The notes under the pieces were generated by a model. It saw nothing but the letters and a program-made list of their open reading frames with translations. It had not been told where the DNA came from and did not search any database. DNA of 32,000 nt from Horticoccus luteus (GTDB lineage Bacteria; Verrucomicrobiota; Verrucomicrobiia; Opitutales; Opitutaceae), in NCBI RefSeq assembly GCF_019464535.1, contig NZ_CP080507.1:1560001-1592000 (forward strand). Direction: 5' to 3'. Of this stretch, positions 14,262-22,413 are shown one piece after another. The position numbers and the translations under genes are program-made. How positions within the stretch are numbered: the first letter of the stretch is position 1; every line of letters begins with the position of its first letter.

Positions 14262-14725
14262 GTCCGCGCGTCGCCCTGACCATCATTCTGTCGCTCGTGC
14301 TCGTGCTCGCTCTCGCGATCGCGGGGCTTGTCTACGCCCTCGCAGTCCGTCCGGCGGTCAGCTTTCCGTTGCTGCCGCGCACCCCTTCATCCACCGCAGC
14401 CGCAGACGGCACCACCGTGTGGCGCTCGTGCGCCTTAATCTCGGCCGTAGTCCCTGCGCGTGGATTCTCTTTGCCCTCCTCCGCGGTCACCCGCGGCCCT
14501 GACCATGATCGACCCAACCTCCCGGCCGGTGCCCGTTCGCGCGGGCTTCGGGTTTTCGTAGTTGGCCTGGCAAGCAATACGGCGGCCGCGGCCGTCCACG
14601 CTGCCGGCCGGGAGAGAATTTCTATACCCACCCGTAAATGCACCGCAGCCGCCGCGTCGAGTGTGTCGACGCGTTTTCAACCTGCACCCGCGATGGCTGT
14701 GAGCGCGGGCACGCTCCTGGCATGA
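14258..14725 (+). CDS. possible membrane-anchored protein; 3' extent doubtful
   Basis: ATG 14258 overlaps the upstream stop. The N-terminus MSPRVALTIILSLVLVLALAIAGLVYAL is a convincing TM with high GC3. Beyond about codon 50 the GC3 and protein-likeness decay, although the frame stays open to 14725. Confidence 0.3.
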   Translation: MSPRVALTIILSLVLVLALAIAGLVYALAVRPAVSFPLLPRTPSSTAAADGTTVWRSCALISAVVPARGFSLPSSAVTRGPDHDRPNLPAGARSRGLRVFVVGLASNTAAAAVHAAGRERISIPTRKCTAAAASSVSTRFQPAPAMAVSAGTLLA

Positions 14726-15276
14726 GTCGCAAGCGCCGCAGCGACGCCAAACTCCACGCGCTCCCGGAGCCCGTGAAGGAGCAGCTCATCCGCTGGCTCA
14801 CGGAGGAAAACGTCTCCTATGAAAAGGCGAAGGAACGCCTGGAGATGGATTTCAACGTCCGGGTGTCGGTCGGCGCGCTCTGCGATTTCTACGCGACGGA
14901 ATGCTACCTCCAGACGTCGGCATCCGCGCAGGAGTTCGTGACGCGCGTCGAGGCCGAGGTGCGGGCCGACGGTCGTGCTTACGACGCGGCGACACTCGCG
15001 CTGATCCGCCAGCGCGCCTACCTGCTCGCGCGCACCCAGGGCGCCAGTGTCAACGACCTCGCGACGCTCGCGGGCATCATCGGCGACACGGCGCGGCTGG
15101 AGCTTCGGCAGCGCGAGCTGACGCTCTCCCTGGACAAGTTCCGCCATCAGGTGAAGAGCGACATCGAGAAGGGTCTCGATGCGTTGCACGCCGAGATCAA
15201 GGGCCATGCCGACGCGTTGCAGCTCTTTGAGCGCATGAAGGCGATCGTCATGCACAGCGTGGAGGGCACGTCGTGA
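14722..15276 (+). CDS. terminase small subunit, Mu gp27-like (DUF3486-like)
   Basis: 184 aa from ATG 14722. MSRKRRSDAKLHALPEPVKEQLIRWLTEENVSYEKAKERLEMDFNVRVSVGALCDFY matches the gp27/DUF3486 N-terminal pattern by eye. Its stop overlaps the TerL start. Confidence 0.65.
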   Translation: MSRKRRSDAKLHALPEPVKEQLIRWLTEENVSYEKAKERLEMDFNVRVSVGALCDFYATECYLQTSASAQEFVTRVEAEVRADGRAYDAATLALIRQRAYLLARTQGASVNDLATLAGIIGDTARLELRQRELTLSLDKFRHQVKSDIEKGLDALHAEIKGHADALQLFERMKAIVMHSVEGTS

Positions 15277-17300
15277 TGATGCACGCCAGTGCGGCGAACA
15301 ACGATCGCCGCCAATCCGCTTTCGGAGCGCTCGACGCGAAGCTGCACTCCAGTGACCAGCTCGCCGACGTGCCGCGCGCCGACAGCTTCAAGGCGTTTCT
15401 CCGCGACGACGCTCGCGTGAAGACGAAGGACGGCTCGGCGCCCTACAGTTTCACGGGCCGCGAGGCGATCGAGGGGATCGTCGATCGCATCGATCTCATC
15501 CTTGGCTCCGAGACCGGCAAGCCGCTCAAGGACGCGTCGCTCGCCGTGTGCGGCGGCGCGCAGTGGGGCAAGTCCGTCCTCGGGCTGAACTTCACGGCCT
15601 ACATGACCGGCCTGAAGTATCGCAACGTCGGATATTACCTCCCGGACGACGATCTGGTGCAGGGTGTCGTCGACGGCAAATTCCGTCCGGAAGTGCTCGA
15701 CCTGCTGCCGTGGTATGCCCGGCAAATCTCGGTCGGGAAGACCGTGAACGAGAGCGGCAAGGCGGTGAACCGCAAGGGCGCTTTCCTGGTCTCGCGCCCC
15801 GGCGGTTCTCCTGGCCTGGGCATGTTCATCGGCCTCAACAAGAAGGTGCCGACGACGTTCACGATGGACGCCGTCATCCAGGACGAGAAGGACGACATCA
15901 AGGCCGCGCGGGCGAAGTTCCTCCGTGGCCGCATGACGTCGAGCGATCTGCGTTTCTCGCTCGTGATCGGCACGCAACGCATCGCTGGTGCCGGCCAGAA
16001 TGCGGAGTTCGAGGCGGGCACCCAGGAAGTCTGGGAGCTGATTGATCCGGTCATCGCCGACGGCTTTTGCCCGGAGGAGCACTGGCCGCAGATCTGCCGC
16101 GTGGCGCTCGACGGCACGCCGAAGCCCGACGATCCGCAGCTCGGCTGGGAGGGCGTGTTCAAGCGGCCCGGCAGCGACGAGGTGATCGCGACCTTCGATC
16201 CGGAGGCGCACTACTACCTCGCCAACCCGCTCACGGGCACGCCGCTCGATCGGAAGCACGGCCGCTGGGTCTGCCGTCGGCCGGACCGAATGAAGGAGCG
16301 GAAATTCTCGATGCGCGTCTCTCAGTTTGGCATCGAGGCGATCGATCTCGTCCAGATCGTCGCGCATTGGCGCGACGCCGTCGCGGACCCGGAGCAGATG
16401 ATCGTCTTCGCCTGCGATCGTCAGGCCATGCCGCGCAGCACGCTGCAGCAGCTCGATCAGGCAATTCTCGATCGCGCCCGCACGACGGAGCGGTTTCCGC
16501 TCTCGCTCGCCGGGCTCGGCGAGGCGCCGTGCTACGGCGGACTGGATACGGGCGACCGCTGCTGGTTTACCGTGCGCGAGAGCGCGAGCCCGGTGGTGAA
16601 GCGCCTGCGTTACGCCGAGCAGATCGCCCTTGGCCGCGTGAAGGCGCGGGCAGTCGAGCTGTTTCATCGCTGCCACCTGTCGTGCCTTTTCATCGACGCG
16701 CGGCCGGCGGCCCAAGAGGCGCGGCACATCACCTGGGCCGTGCACAACCTCCTCGACTACGCGTGGCCGAAGATCGACGAGCCCGAAAAAGCCTACATCC
16801 AGTTTCCCGGCGACCTCGCCTGGGATGGCCCGTCGGGCAAGTGGAAGGGCCTTCGCGCCGCCGTCGTCGAGTTCGCGCTGAAGGATGGCCAGGGCGTGCG
16901 TCACAAGCTCGGCATCACCCAGGAGGGCAAGTTCTACCCGATCATCCAGTGCAATCGCGATGAATCGATCCAGGGCGTGATCAACGAGCTGCTGACGATC
17001 AAGGAAGGGCTGGTCCACGTGGTCGACGGCAAGTCGCGCGAGCTGCCGATCCTCCGGCTGCCGTTCACCGGCACGGGCGCGGCGCCCGCCGCCGAGCTGC
17101 TCAGCCAGCACTTTCTCGCGGGCTCGAAGAAAGACCGCCATGAGACGACGGCCGAGGAGCACTTCGTCGACAAAATCGAAAACCACTACCTGCTCTCGGC
17201 CACGTATGCCCGGCTGGCGGAGTCGATCGGCTGCTCCGCCATCGCCGCGCCGTTCGTTTACGAGCGCGTCGAGCCCGCCTCGTCCACCAGCGCCCTCTGA
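15273..17300 (+). CDS. terminase large subunit (lambda GpA-like)
   Basis: 675 aa (GTG 15273 or ATG 15276). Walker A-like CGGAQWGKSV and Walker B-like AVIQDEKDD. Size and N-terminal layout resemble GpA-type terminases. Lies upstream of the portal. Confidence 0.8.
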   Translation: MMMHASAANNDRRQSAFGALDAKLHSSDQLADVPRADSFKAFLRDDARVKTKDGSAPYSFTGREAIEGIVDRIDLILGSETGKPLKDASLAVCGGAQWGKSVLGLNFTAYMTGLKYRNVGYYLPDDDLVQGVVDGKFRPEVLDLLPWYARQISVGKTVNESGKAVNRKGAFLVSRPGGSPGLGMFIGLNKKVPTTFTMDAVIQDEKDDIKAARAKFLRGRMTSSDLRFSLVIGTQRIAGAGQNAEFEAGTQEVWELIDPVIADGFCPEEHWPQICRVALDGTPKPDDPQLGWEGVFKRPGSDEVIATFDPEAHYYLANPLTGTPLDRKHGRWVCRRPDRMKERKFSMRVSQFGIEAIDLVQIVAHWRDAVADPEQMIVFACDRQAMPRSTLQQLDQAILDRARTTERFPLSLAGLGEAPCYGGLDTGDRCWFTVRESASPVVKRLRYAEQIALGRVKARAVELFHRCHLSCLFIDARPAAQEARHITWAVHNLLDYAWPKIDEPEKAYIQFPGDLAWDGPSGKWKGLRAAVVEFALKDGQGVRHKLGITQEGKFYPIIQCNRDESIQGVINELLTIKEGLVHVVDGKSRELPILRLPFTGTGAAPAAELLSQHFLAGSKKDRHETTAEEHFVDKIENHYLLSATYARLAESIGCSAIAAPFVYERVEPASSTSAL

Positions 17301-17302
17301 TC

Positions 17303-18853
17303 ATGCCACGCGCAAAGAAGACCACGTCCCGCATCGACGCCGAGCGCGTCCGGCTCGCGCTGATGGGCAGCGAGAACATGATTCGCGGCCTCTCCGCGGA
17401 ACGCCTCGCGCGGGCGCTCGACGATTTCCGCCGCGGTTGGCTGCGCGAGGCCGCCGTCCTCTGGCAGATCATCCGCGAGCGGGATGACACGACGCTCGCC
17501 GTCACGGAAAAACGTGATCTCGACGCAGCGCTCCTGGATTACGAGATTCTGCCGGTCGACGATTCGCCGGAGGCGGAGAGAGACAAGCAGGCGCTCAAGG
17601 CTGCCTACAACGGGCTCACCGCCACCGATGCACTCGACCAGAACAAGCGCGGCGGCGTCGCGGCGCTGATCAAGATGATGATGCACGCCGTCGGTCACCG
17701 ATGGGCGGTGTTCGAGCTGATTTGGGACCCGAGCGGAGAAGACCTCACGGCAGAATTTCGTTTTGTGCCGCTGCAATTCTTCGAGCACACGGTCGGGCGG
17801 TTGCGCTTCCTGCCGGTCGAAGGCGCCTATCAGGGTGAGGACTTGGAGGACGGTGGCTGGATGGTCGTCTGCGGCCCCGGCCTCATGCAGGCCACCAGCA
17901 TTGCCTATTTTTTGAAGCGCTCGCCGCTCCGTGCGTGGGCGATCCTCTGCGACAAGTTTGCGGTTCCATATCTGCACGGCGAATCGTCGGCCCAGGTGGG
18001 CTCGAAGGAATGGAACGCGTTTCGCGATGCGCTCGCTTCGCTCGTCAACGACGGCGCGGTGCTCACGTCGCCGGGTGCGAAGATCACGCCGATCACCATC
18101 ACGGGCGCGGAAGCCCCGGCCGAGGCGCTCGTCGATCGTTGCGACCGCGGGATCACGCGCATCTGGCGCGGCGCCGATCTCGGGACGATGAGCAAGGACG
18201 GCGCGGCGGTCGGTTCGAATCCCCAAGCGAGCGAAACCGACATCTTGTCCGCGGCCGACGCGCAGAACATCAGCGAGACGCTCAACTACTATTTCGATCG
18301 TCAGGTGATCCGGTATCGGTTCGGCACCGAGCCGAAGGCGTATTTCAAGCTCAAGCCGCGGACGAAGATCAACCAGGACCTGCAGCTCAAGATCGACGAC
18401 CAGCTCATCAAGTGGGGCTGCAAGCTCGGGATCAAAGACCTGATGGAGCGTTACGGCCGCGCCGAGGCGGACGCCGGGGAGGAGGTCGCGATCGCCTCCG
18501 TGCCGCCGAGTCCGTTTGAAGCCCAGGCTTCTACGGCCGTCGTTCCGGCTGCCTTGGTCAACGAAGCCGCCAGCAATCGCGTGGCGCTCGTCGCCCGCGC
18601 GGCGGCCCAAGCCCGACCAGCCGAGCAGGCGATCCTTGATCCGATCCTTCGGCGCCTCGCGGCGATCGAGGCGATGCCCGATCCCGCCGCCCAGCGGGCC
18701 GCGCTCCAGGAGCTGCGCGCCGCGTGGCCGGTGCTCGGTCGCGCCGCGCTCCAGCAGGTGCCGGCCCTCGCCCAAGCCATCGAGCAGGCGATCGCGCCCG
18801 CCGTCGTCAGCGGCCTCGCCGAAGTCCCGAAATCGTCGCCCCAAAACGCATGA
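17303..18853 (+). CDS. portal protein, Mu gp29-like (DUF935-type)
   Basis: 516 aa, starting 2 nt after the TerL stop. The N-terminus LSAERLARALDDFRRGWLREAAVLWQIIRERDDTTLAVTEKRDLDAALLDYEILP matches the DUF935 pattern by eye. Confidence 0.8.
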   Translation: MPRAKKTTSRIDAERVRLALMGSENMIRGLSAERLARALDDFRRGWLREAAVLWQIIRERDDTTLAVTEKRDLDAALLDYEILPVDDSPEAERDKQALKAAYNGLTATDALDQNKRGGVAALIKMMMHAVGHRWAVFELIWDPSGEDLTAEFRFVPLQFFEHTVGRLRFLPVEGAYQGEDLEDGGWMVVCGPGLMQATSIAYFLKRSPLRAWAILCDKFAVPYLHGESSAQVGSKEWNAFRDALASLVNDGAVLTSPGAKITPITITGAEAPAEALVDRCDRGITRIWRGADLGTMSKDGAAVGSNPQASETDILSAADAQNISETLNYYFDRQVIRYRFGTEPKAYFKLKPRTKINQDLQLKIDDQLIKWGCKLGIKDLMERYGRAEADAGEEVAIASVPPSPFEAQASTAVVPAALVNEAASNRVALVARAAAQARPAEQAILDPILRRLAAIEAMPDPAAQRAALQELRAAWPVLGRAALQQVPALAQAIEQAIAPAVVSGLAEVPKSSPQNA

Positions 18854-20205
18854 AAAAGCCTGCTTCCGCGCATTTCGATTTTAACGGCCTTGCCGCCCAA
18901 TCCGCCCGTAGGCCCGCAGTGGGTCGGAAAATGGCGGGCAGGGCCATTGCAAGCGCTGCAATCGGCCTCCGTCAGCGCCATTGCAACGATGCGATAGTTT
19001 GGGATCTAGCCGCCTTGGCGAACGAAGCGCCGTTTGCGGGCGAGCCGATGGTCGGGCTCGGCAACGAAATCGCCGCTACGGATGGCGACGGCTGGGCCCG
19101 CATCCCCTACGGCGAGCACGAGCACGAGCTCGGCATCCAGCGCTTCGGGCGCGCGCAGGCGGAAGAGATGGTCTCCTATTTCAAGAACACTTGGAACCGC
19201 CTGAAGCGCGCTCTTTCCGGTCTTCCAATCTATAAGGGGCACCCCGATCTTGCCGACGTCCTGCGCAAGCAGCGCACGGCGCTCGCCAACGAAGCCCAGC
19301 GCGCCGCACTCGACCGCAAGATCGCCGAGCTGGAGCGCCAGTATCCCGATAAGAGGGAGTACGGCACCATCGCGGACATGGAGGCGCGCGACGACGGCCT
19401 CTACATCAAGCCCGTGCTCGGTCCCGCCGGCGTCGCCCTGGTCAACGAAGGGCGCGACCGGTTCTCCCCGCATTGGCTCGGCAAGATTCTCGGCGAGGAG
19501 CGCGGCCGCACCGTCTACGGCCCAGCGATGTTTCTGAGCATCGGCCTCACCGATCGGCCAAACATCGCCGGCACTTCTCTCGTTAATACGAAACCCGCAA
19601 CCATGAATAAAACCCTCCTCATCCAGCTCCTCGCGGCTCTCGGCCGCACGCCTCTCGCCAACGAGGCCACCGATGACCAGTTCAACGCCGAACTGACCGC
19701 CGCTCTGCCTATCGCCACCGCGCTCGCGCAGCGGCCCGAGGCCACCGCACTCGCCAACGAGCAGACTGCGCGCGGCACGGCGGAGACTCAGCTCAACGAG
19801 ACGAAAGCCAAGCTCAACACCACCGAGACGGCGCTCGCCAACGAAAAGAGCGCCCACGCCTCGACGATCAAGGCGCGCAATGAAGCGCTGGTCGCCGACG
19901 CGGTGAAGGCCGGCCGCATCCTCGAAGCGAACAGGACCGTATGGCTAGGCCGCCTTGAACGCGACTTCGCCGTCGAATCCGTCGCTCTCGCCAACGAAAG
20001 CGGCGCCCTCAAGACGACTTCGCGCACCAACGATCTCGGCAACCGGAAGGAACCTAATGCCGCTGCCGACCAATTCACGGCCCTTGTTAACGAGGCGATG
20101 CCGCAGCACGGCAACGACTGGGCCAAAGCTTGGAAAGCCGTGAAGGCGACCAAGCAGGGCAAGGAGCTCTTCGACAAGATGGACAAGCAGGAGTCCACCG
20201 ACTGA
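18850..20205 (+). CDS. prohead protease / scaffold fusion, Mu gpI(/Z)-like
   Basis: 451 aa if started at ATG 18850 (ATGA overlap with the portal stop). The first ~55 codons have low GC3 and contain DNA repeats, so ATG 18931 or ATG 19048 (MVGLGNEIAATDGDGWARIPYGEHEHELG...) may be the real start. The N-half is gpI-like; the C-half is Ala/Glu/Lys-rich coiled coil (scaffold). Confidence 0.7.
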   Translation: MKKPASAHFDFNGLAAQSARRPAVGRKMAGRAIASAAIGLRQRHCNDAIVWDLAALANEAPFAGEPMVGLGNEIAATDGDGWARIPYGEHEHELGIQRFGRAQAEEMVSYFKNTWNRLKRALSGLPIYKGHPDLADVLRKQRTALANEAQRAALDRKIAELERQYPDKREYGTIADMEARDDGLYIKPVLGPAGVALVNEGRDRFSPHWLGKILGEERGRTVYGPAMFLSIGLTDRPNIAGTSLVNTKPATMNKTLLIQLLAALGRTPLANEATDDQFNAELTAALPIATALAQRPEATALANEQTARGTAETQLNETKAKLNTTETALANEKSAHASTIKARNEALVADAVKAGRILEANRTVWLGRLERDFAVESVALANESGALKTTSRTNDLGNRKEPNAAADQFTALVNEAMPQHGNDWAKAWKAVKATKQGKELFDKMDKQESTD

Positions 20206-20278
20206 GCCGGCTCGCCCGTCTTTCCCCGTTCACCGCGTTTTCCGCCACCCTCACTCAGAACTCAAAACCCGAATCCAG

Positions 20279-20779
20279 ATGCACACCCTGCTTCTCATCA
20301 TGTCCGTCCTCGTCGCGATCGCGCTCCTCGTGAGCTGGATCGCCTCCCGCCCTCGCGGCGCCCAGTTCACTCCGCTCGCCAACGATGTCGCGGCGGGCAT
20401 TCACGACGATCTCCAGATCACCCTGGAGGCGGCGGTCGCCACGCGGCACCTGCTGCTGAAAGCTGGCGCCGCCGCCCGCGCAGCGCTGATCGGCACCGTC
20501 GCCGATCGTCCGATCGGCTTCGCCGAGGACGAGGGCGCGATCGGCGACAAGATCGCATTTTACCCGCTCGGCTTCGGCCGGCGCACCGTGCTCGGGCGCT
20601 CCGCGGCCGCGATTGTGTCCGGCGCACAGCTCACGTCAGCCGCAAACGGGAAGGTCATCACCACGCCCGGAGCGGCCGGCACTTACTGGGTGGTCGGCAC
20701 AGCCTGGGGCGATGCCGCCGGCGCCGACGAGGACATCGAGATCATCCCCTGCACGCCCTTCCAGGTCGTCGTGAGCTGA
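20279..20779 (+). CDS. head decoration/cement-like protein (DUF2190-like) with a hydrophobic N-terminus
   Basis: 166 aa, located between protease/scaffold and capsid. The Gly/Ala-rich beta-type C-part (ADRPIGFAEDEGAIGDKIAFYPLGF...GTYWVVGTAWGDA) recalls DUF2190. The N-terminal MHTLLLIMSVLVAIALLVSWIA has high GC3, so it is probably translated. Confidence 0.45.
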   Translation: MHTLLLIMSVLVAIALLVSWIASRPRGAQFTPLANDVAAGIHDDLQITLEAAVATRHLLLKAGAAARAALIGTVADRPIGFAEDEGAIGDKIAFYPLGFGRRTVLGRSAAAIVSGAQLTSAANGKVITTPGAAGTYWVVGTAWGDAAGADEDIEIIPCTPFQVVVS

Positions 20780-20838
20780 TCGGCCCGCCGCACCTGCTCC
20801 CACCTCTCAACCAACCTCTCTCAGTTTTTTTTATTTCC

Positions 20839-21873
20839 ATGAAAGCTCTCCGCACCACCACCGGCATCGCTCTCGCGAGCGGTGGTTTCTTCCCCCTCGT
20901 TTCCCTGGGCAACGAAGCTCGCGTCGTCACGGACGACGGCTCCGATCTGCGTCCCGGACTCGTCGCGCTCGCCAACGAGACGCGATTCAACGTCTCCCAC
21001 TTTTCCGAGTCGCTCACCCAGTTCAGCACTGGCTACCGCGACCCGGAAAACCTCCTGGCCGCCACCGACTACATCGCCCCTCCGGTGCAGGTTGGCCGTC
21101 GCTTCGACTGGAAGAACGCCGACCAGTCGAAGTATTTCCTGACGGAAATCGACGACGAGCGCCCGATCGGCGGCGGGTTCAAGAAAGTCGAGTTCGGCGG
21201 CGCCGAGCAGACCTCGAAGACGAAGAATCGCGGCCTCATGACCGTGATCGACGCCGACGAGTCCGGCGGTGTCATCGACGAGGAGGCGATCACCGCGAGC
21301 CTGCTGCAGCGGATCTTCCGCAACAAGTATCGCCGTGCGATCACGGCCCTGCTCGCGATCACGGCGGGCGACGGCGCGATCTTCGCCGCGAACACACAGC
21401 CGGACGAAATTCTGAAGGCCGCGCTCGAGGCCGCTCAGCTCGAGACCGGTGTGTATCCGAACCGCGGGCTCATTGGCCTGTCGGGGTGGAATCTCCGCAG
21501 CGCGGCCTACGCCGCGCAGAACACGGCCGGCGCCACGGCGCAGCTCACGAAGTCGCTTAGCCAGGTGGCGGGCGATCTGTTCCTCGACGAGCTGCGCGTC
21601 GACAAGTCGGTGTATCAGCAGACGAAGACCGCCAAGGGCCGGATCGTGCCGGCGAGCTTCATTGGCTTCCACGGTCGCGACGGGCTGACGAAAGACGATC
21701 CCTCGAACCTCAAGCAGTTCTGGACCCCCGTCGTGGGCGGCGGCCGCTACCGTGTCTACCGGCGTGTCTACGGGCCGGCCGACAAGTTCATCGAGATCAC
21801 CATCGAGCACTACGAGAATATCCTCGGGACCTCCTCGATCGGCGCCACGCGGAAGAATATCACGAACGCCTAA
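20839..21873 (+). CDS. major capsid protein
   Basis: 344 aa. Canonical position after protease/scaffold and decoration genes, and followed by a hairpin terminator. U-rich leader. Confidence 0.7.
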   Translation: MKALRTTTGIALASGGFFPLVSLGNEARVVTDDGSDLRPGLVALANETRFNVSHFSESLTQFSTGYRDPENLLAATDYIAPPVQVGRRFDWKNADQSKYFLTEIDDERPIGGGFKKVEFGGAEQTSKTKNRGLMTVIDADESGGVIDEEAITASLLQRIFRNKYRRAITALLAITAGDGAIFAANTQPDEILKAALEAAQLETGVYPNRGLIGLSGWNLRSAAYAAQNTAGATAQLTKSLSQVAGDLFLDELRVDKSVYQQTKTAKGRIVPASFIGFHGRDGLTKDDPSNLKQFWTPVVGGGRYRVYRRVYGPADKFIEITIEHYENILGTSSIGATRKNITNA

Positions 21874-21898
21874 ACCCTGACCGGCGTTTTCGCACGCT

Positions 21899-21927
21899 AA
21901 AGTCCCCGCCGACGGCGGCGGGGCTTT
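21899..21927 (+). terminator. GC-rich hairpin (partial terminator/attenuator) after the capsid gene
   Basis: CCCCGCCG (21904-21911), loop ACGG, CGGCGGGG (21916-21923), flanked by AAAG / CTTT. Confidence 0.55.
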
Positions 21928-21954
21928 AGCGAACTCATCCGCTCTGCACCTCTG

Positions 21955-22413
21955 ATGCCCGCTTGGATCGCACTCACCGCCGACGCGCTCAACGCGTATC
22001 TCGTCGCCGCGCAGCTCACTGCGCTGCGCACGAAAGCCCTCGCGCCTGGACAAGCCGATCCTTTCACCGAGATTGCGCCGGACATCATTCGGAAGGTCCG
22101 CAGCTACATCGCGTCCAACCCGGCGAACGCGGTCGACGCCGACGAGCTGACGATCCCGCCCGAGCTGAAGACGGACGTGTGCTATCTGATTCTCGGCCCG
22201 ATGCTCGGTCGGCTCGGCATCGGCCTGACCAAGGATCAGGCGCAGCAGGTCGAGGTCGCGCGCAGCACGCTTGTGGCGCTGCGGGATAAAAAGCTCCTCG
22301 TCACTCGCCCCGCTGATGCGGTGACGCCCGACGTCCAGGGCGAAGGCGGCGTGACGATCGTCAGCGCGCCTCCGCGCGAGATGACGCGCGAATCCCTGGG
22401 AGGGCTCTTTTGA
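21955..22413 (+). CDS. head-tail adaptor, Mu gp36-like (DUF1320-like)
   Basis: 152 aa. ITADALNAYLVAAQLTAL...IRKVRSYIAS...ELTIPPELKTDVCYLILGPMLGRL...ARSTLVALRDKKLLV fits the gp36/DUF1320 pattern by eye. First gene after the capsid. Confidence 0.5.
   Translation: MPAWIALTADALNAYLVAAQLTALRTKALAPGQADPFTEIAPDIIRKVRSYIASNPANAVDADELTIPPELKTDVCYLILGPMLGRLGIGLTKDQAQQVEVARSTLVALRDKKLLVTRPADAVTPDVQGEGGVTIVSAPPREMTRESLGGLF

Noticed and set aside
14332-14680. Minus-strand ORFs 14332-14643 and 14435-14680 as real genes in the pre-terminase region
   Set aside because: The translations are Arg/Gly/Ala-rich without structure. No coupling or start context is visible. They oppose the direction of the whole late arm.
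12653-14725. Search for an endolysin among the lysis-block ORFs
   Set aside because: None of the translations shows lysozyme, transglycosylase (E-S/ GLMQ-type), amidase or peptidase signatures that I can recognise. I did not assign the function to any ORF.
15147-18844. Minus-strand ORFs 15147-17186 (679 aa) and 17258-18844 (528 aa)
   Set aside because: They mirror TerL and the portal, both of which have recognisable motifs and correct synteny. The antisense translations are low complexity.
18854-19047. Hidden anti-CRISPR/aca-type locus between portal and protease
   Set aside because: No independent ORF of useful size exists in any frame apart from the continuing protease frame and an antisense shadow. 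Only the DNA repeats are notable; they are reported separately at low interest.
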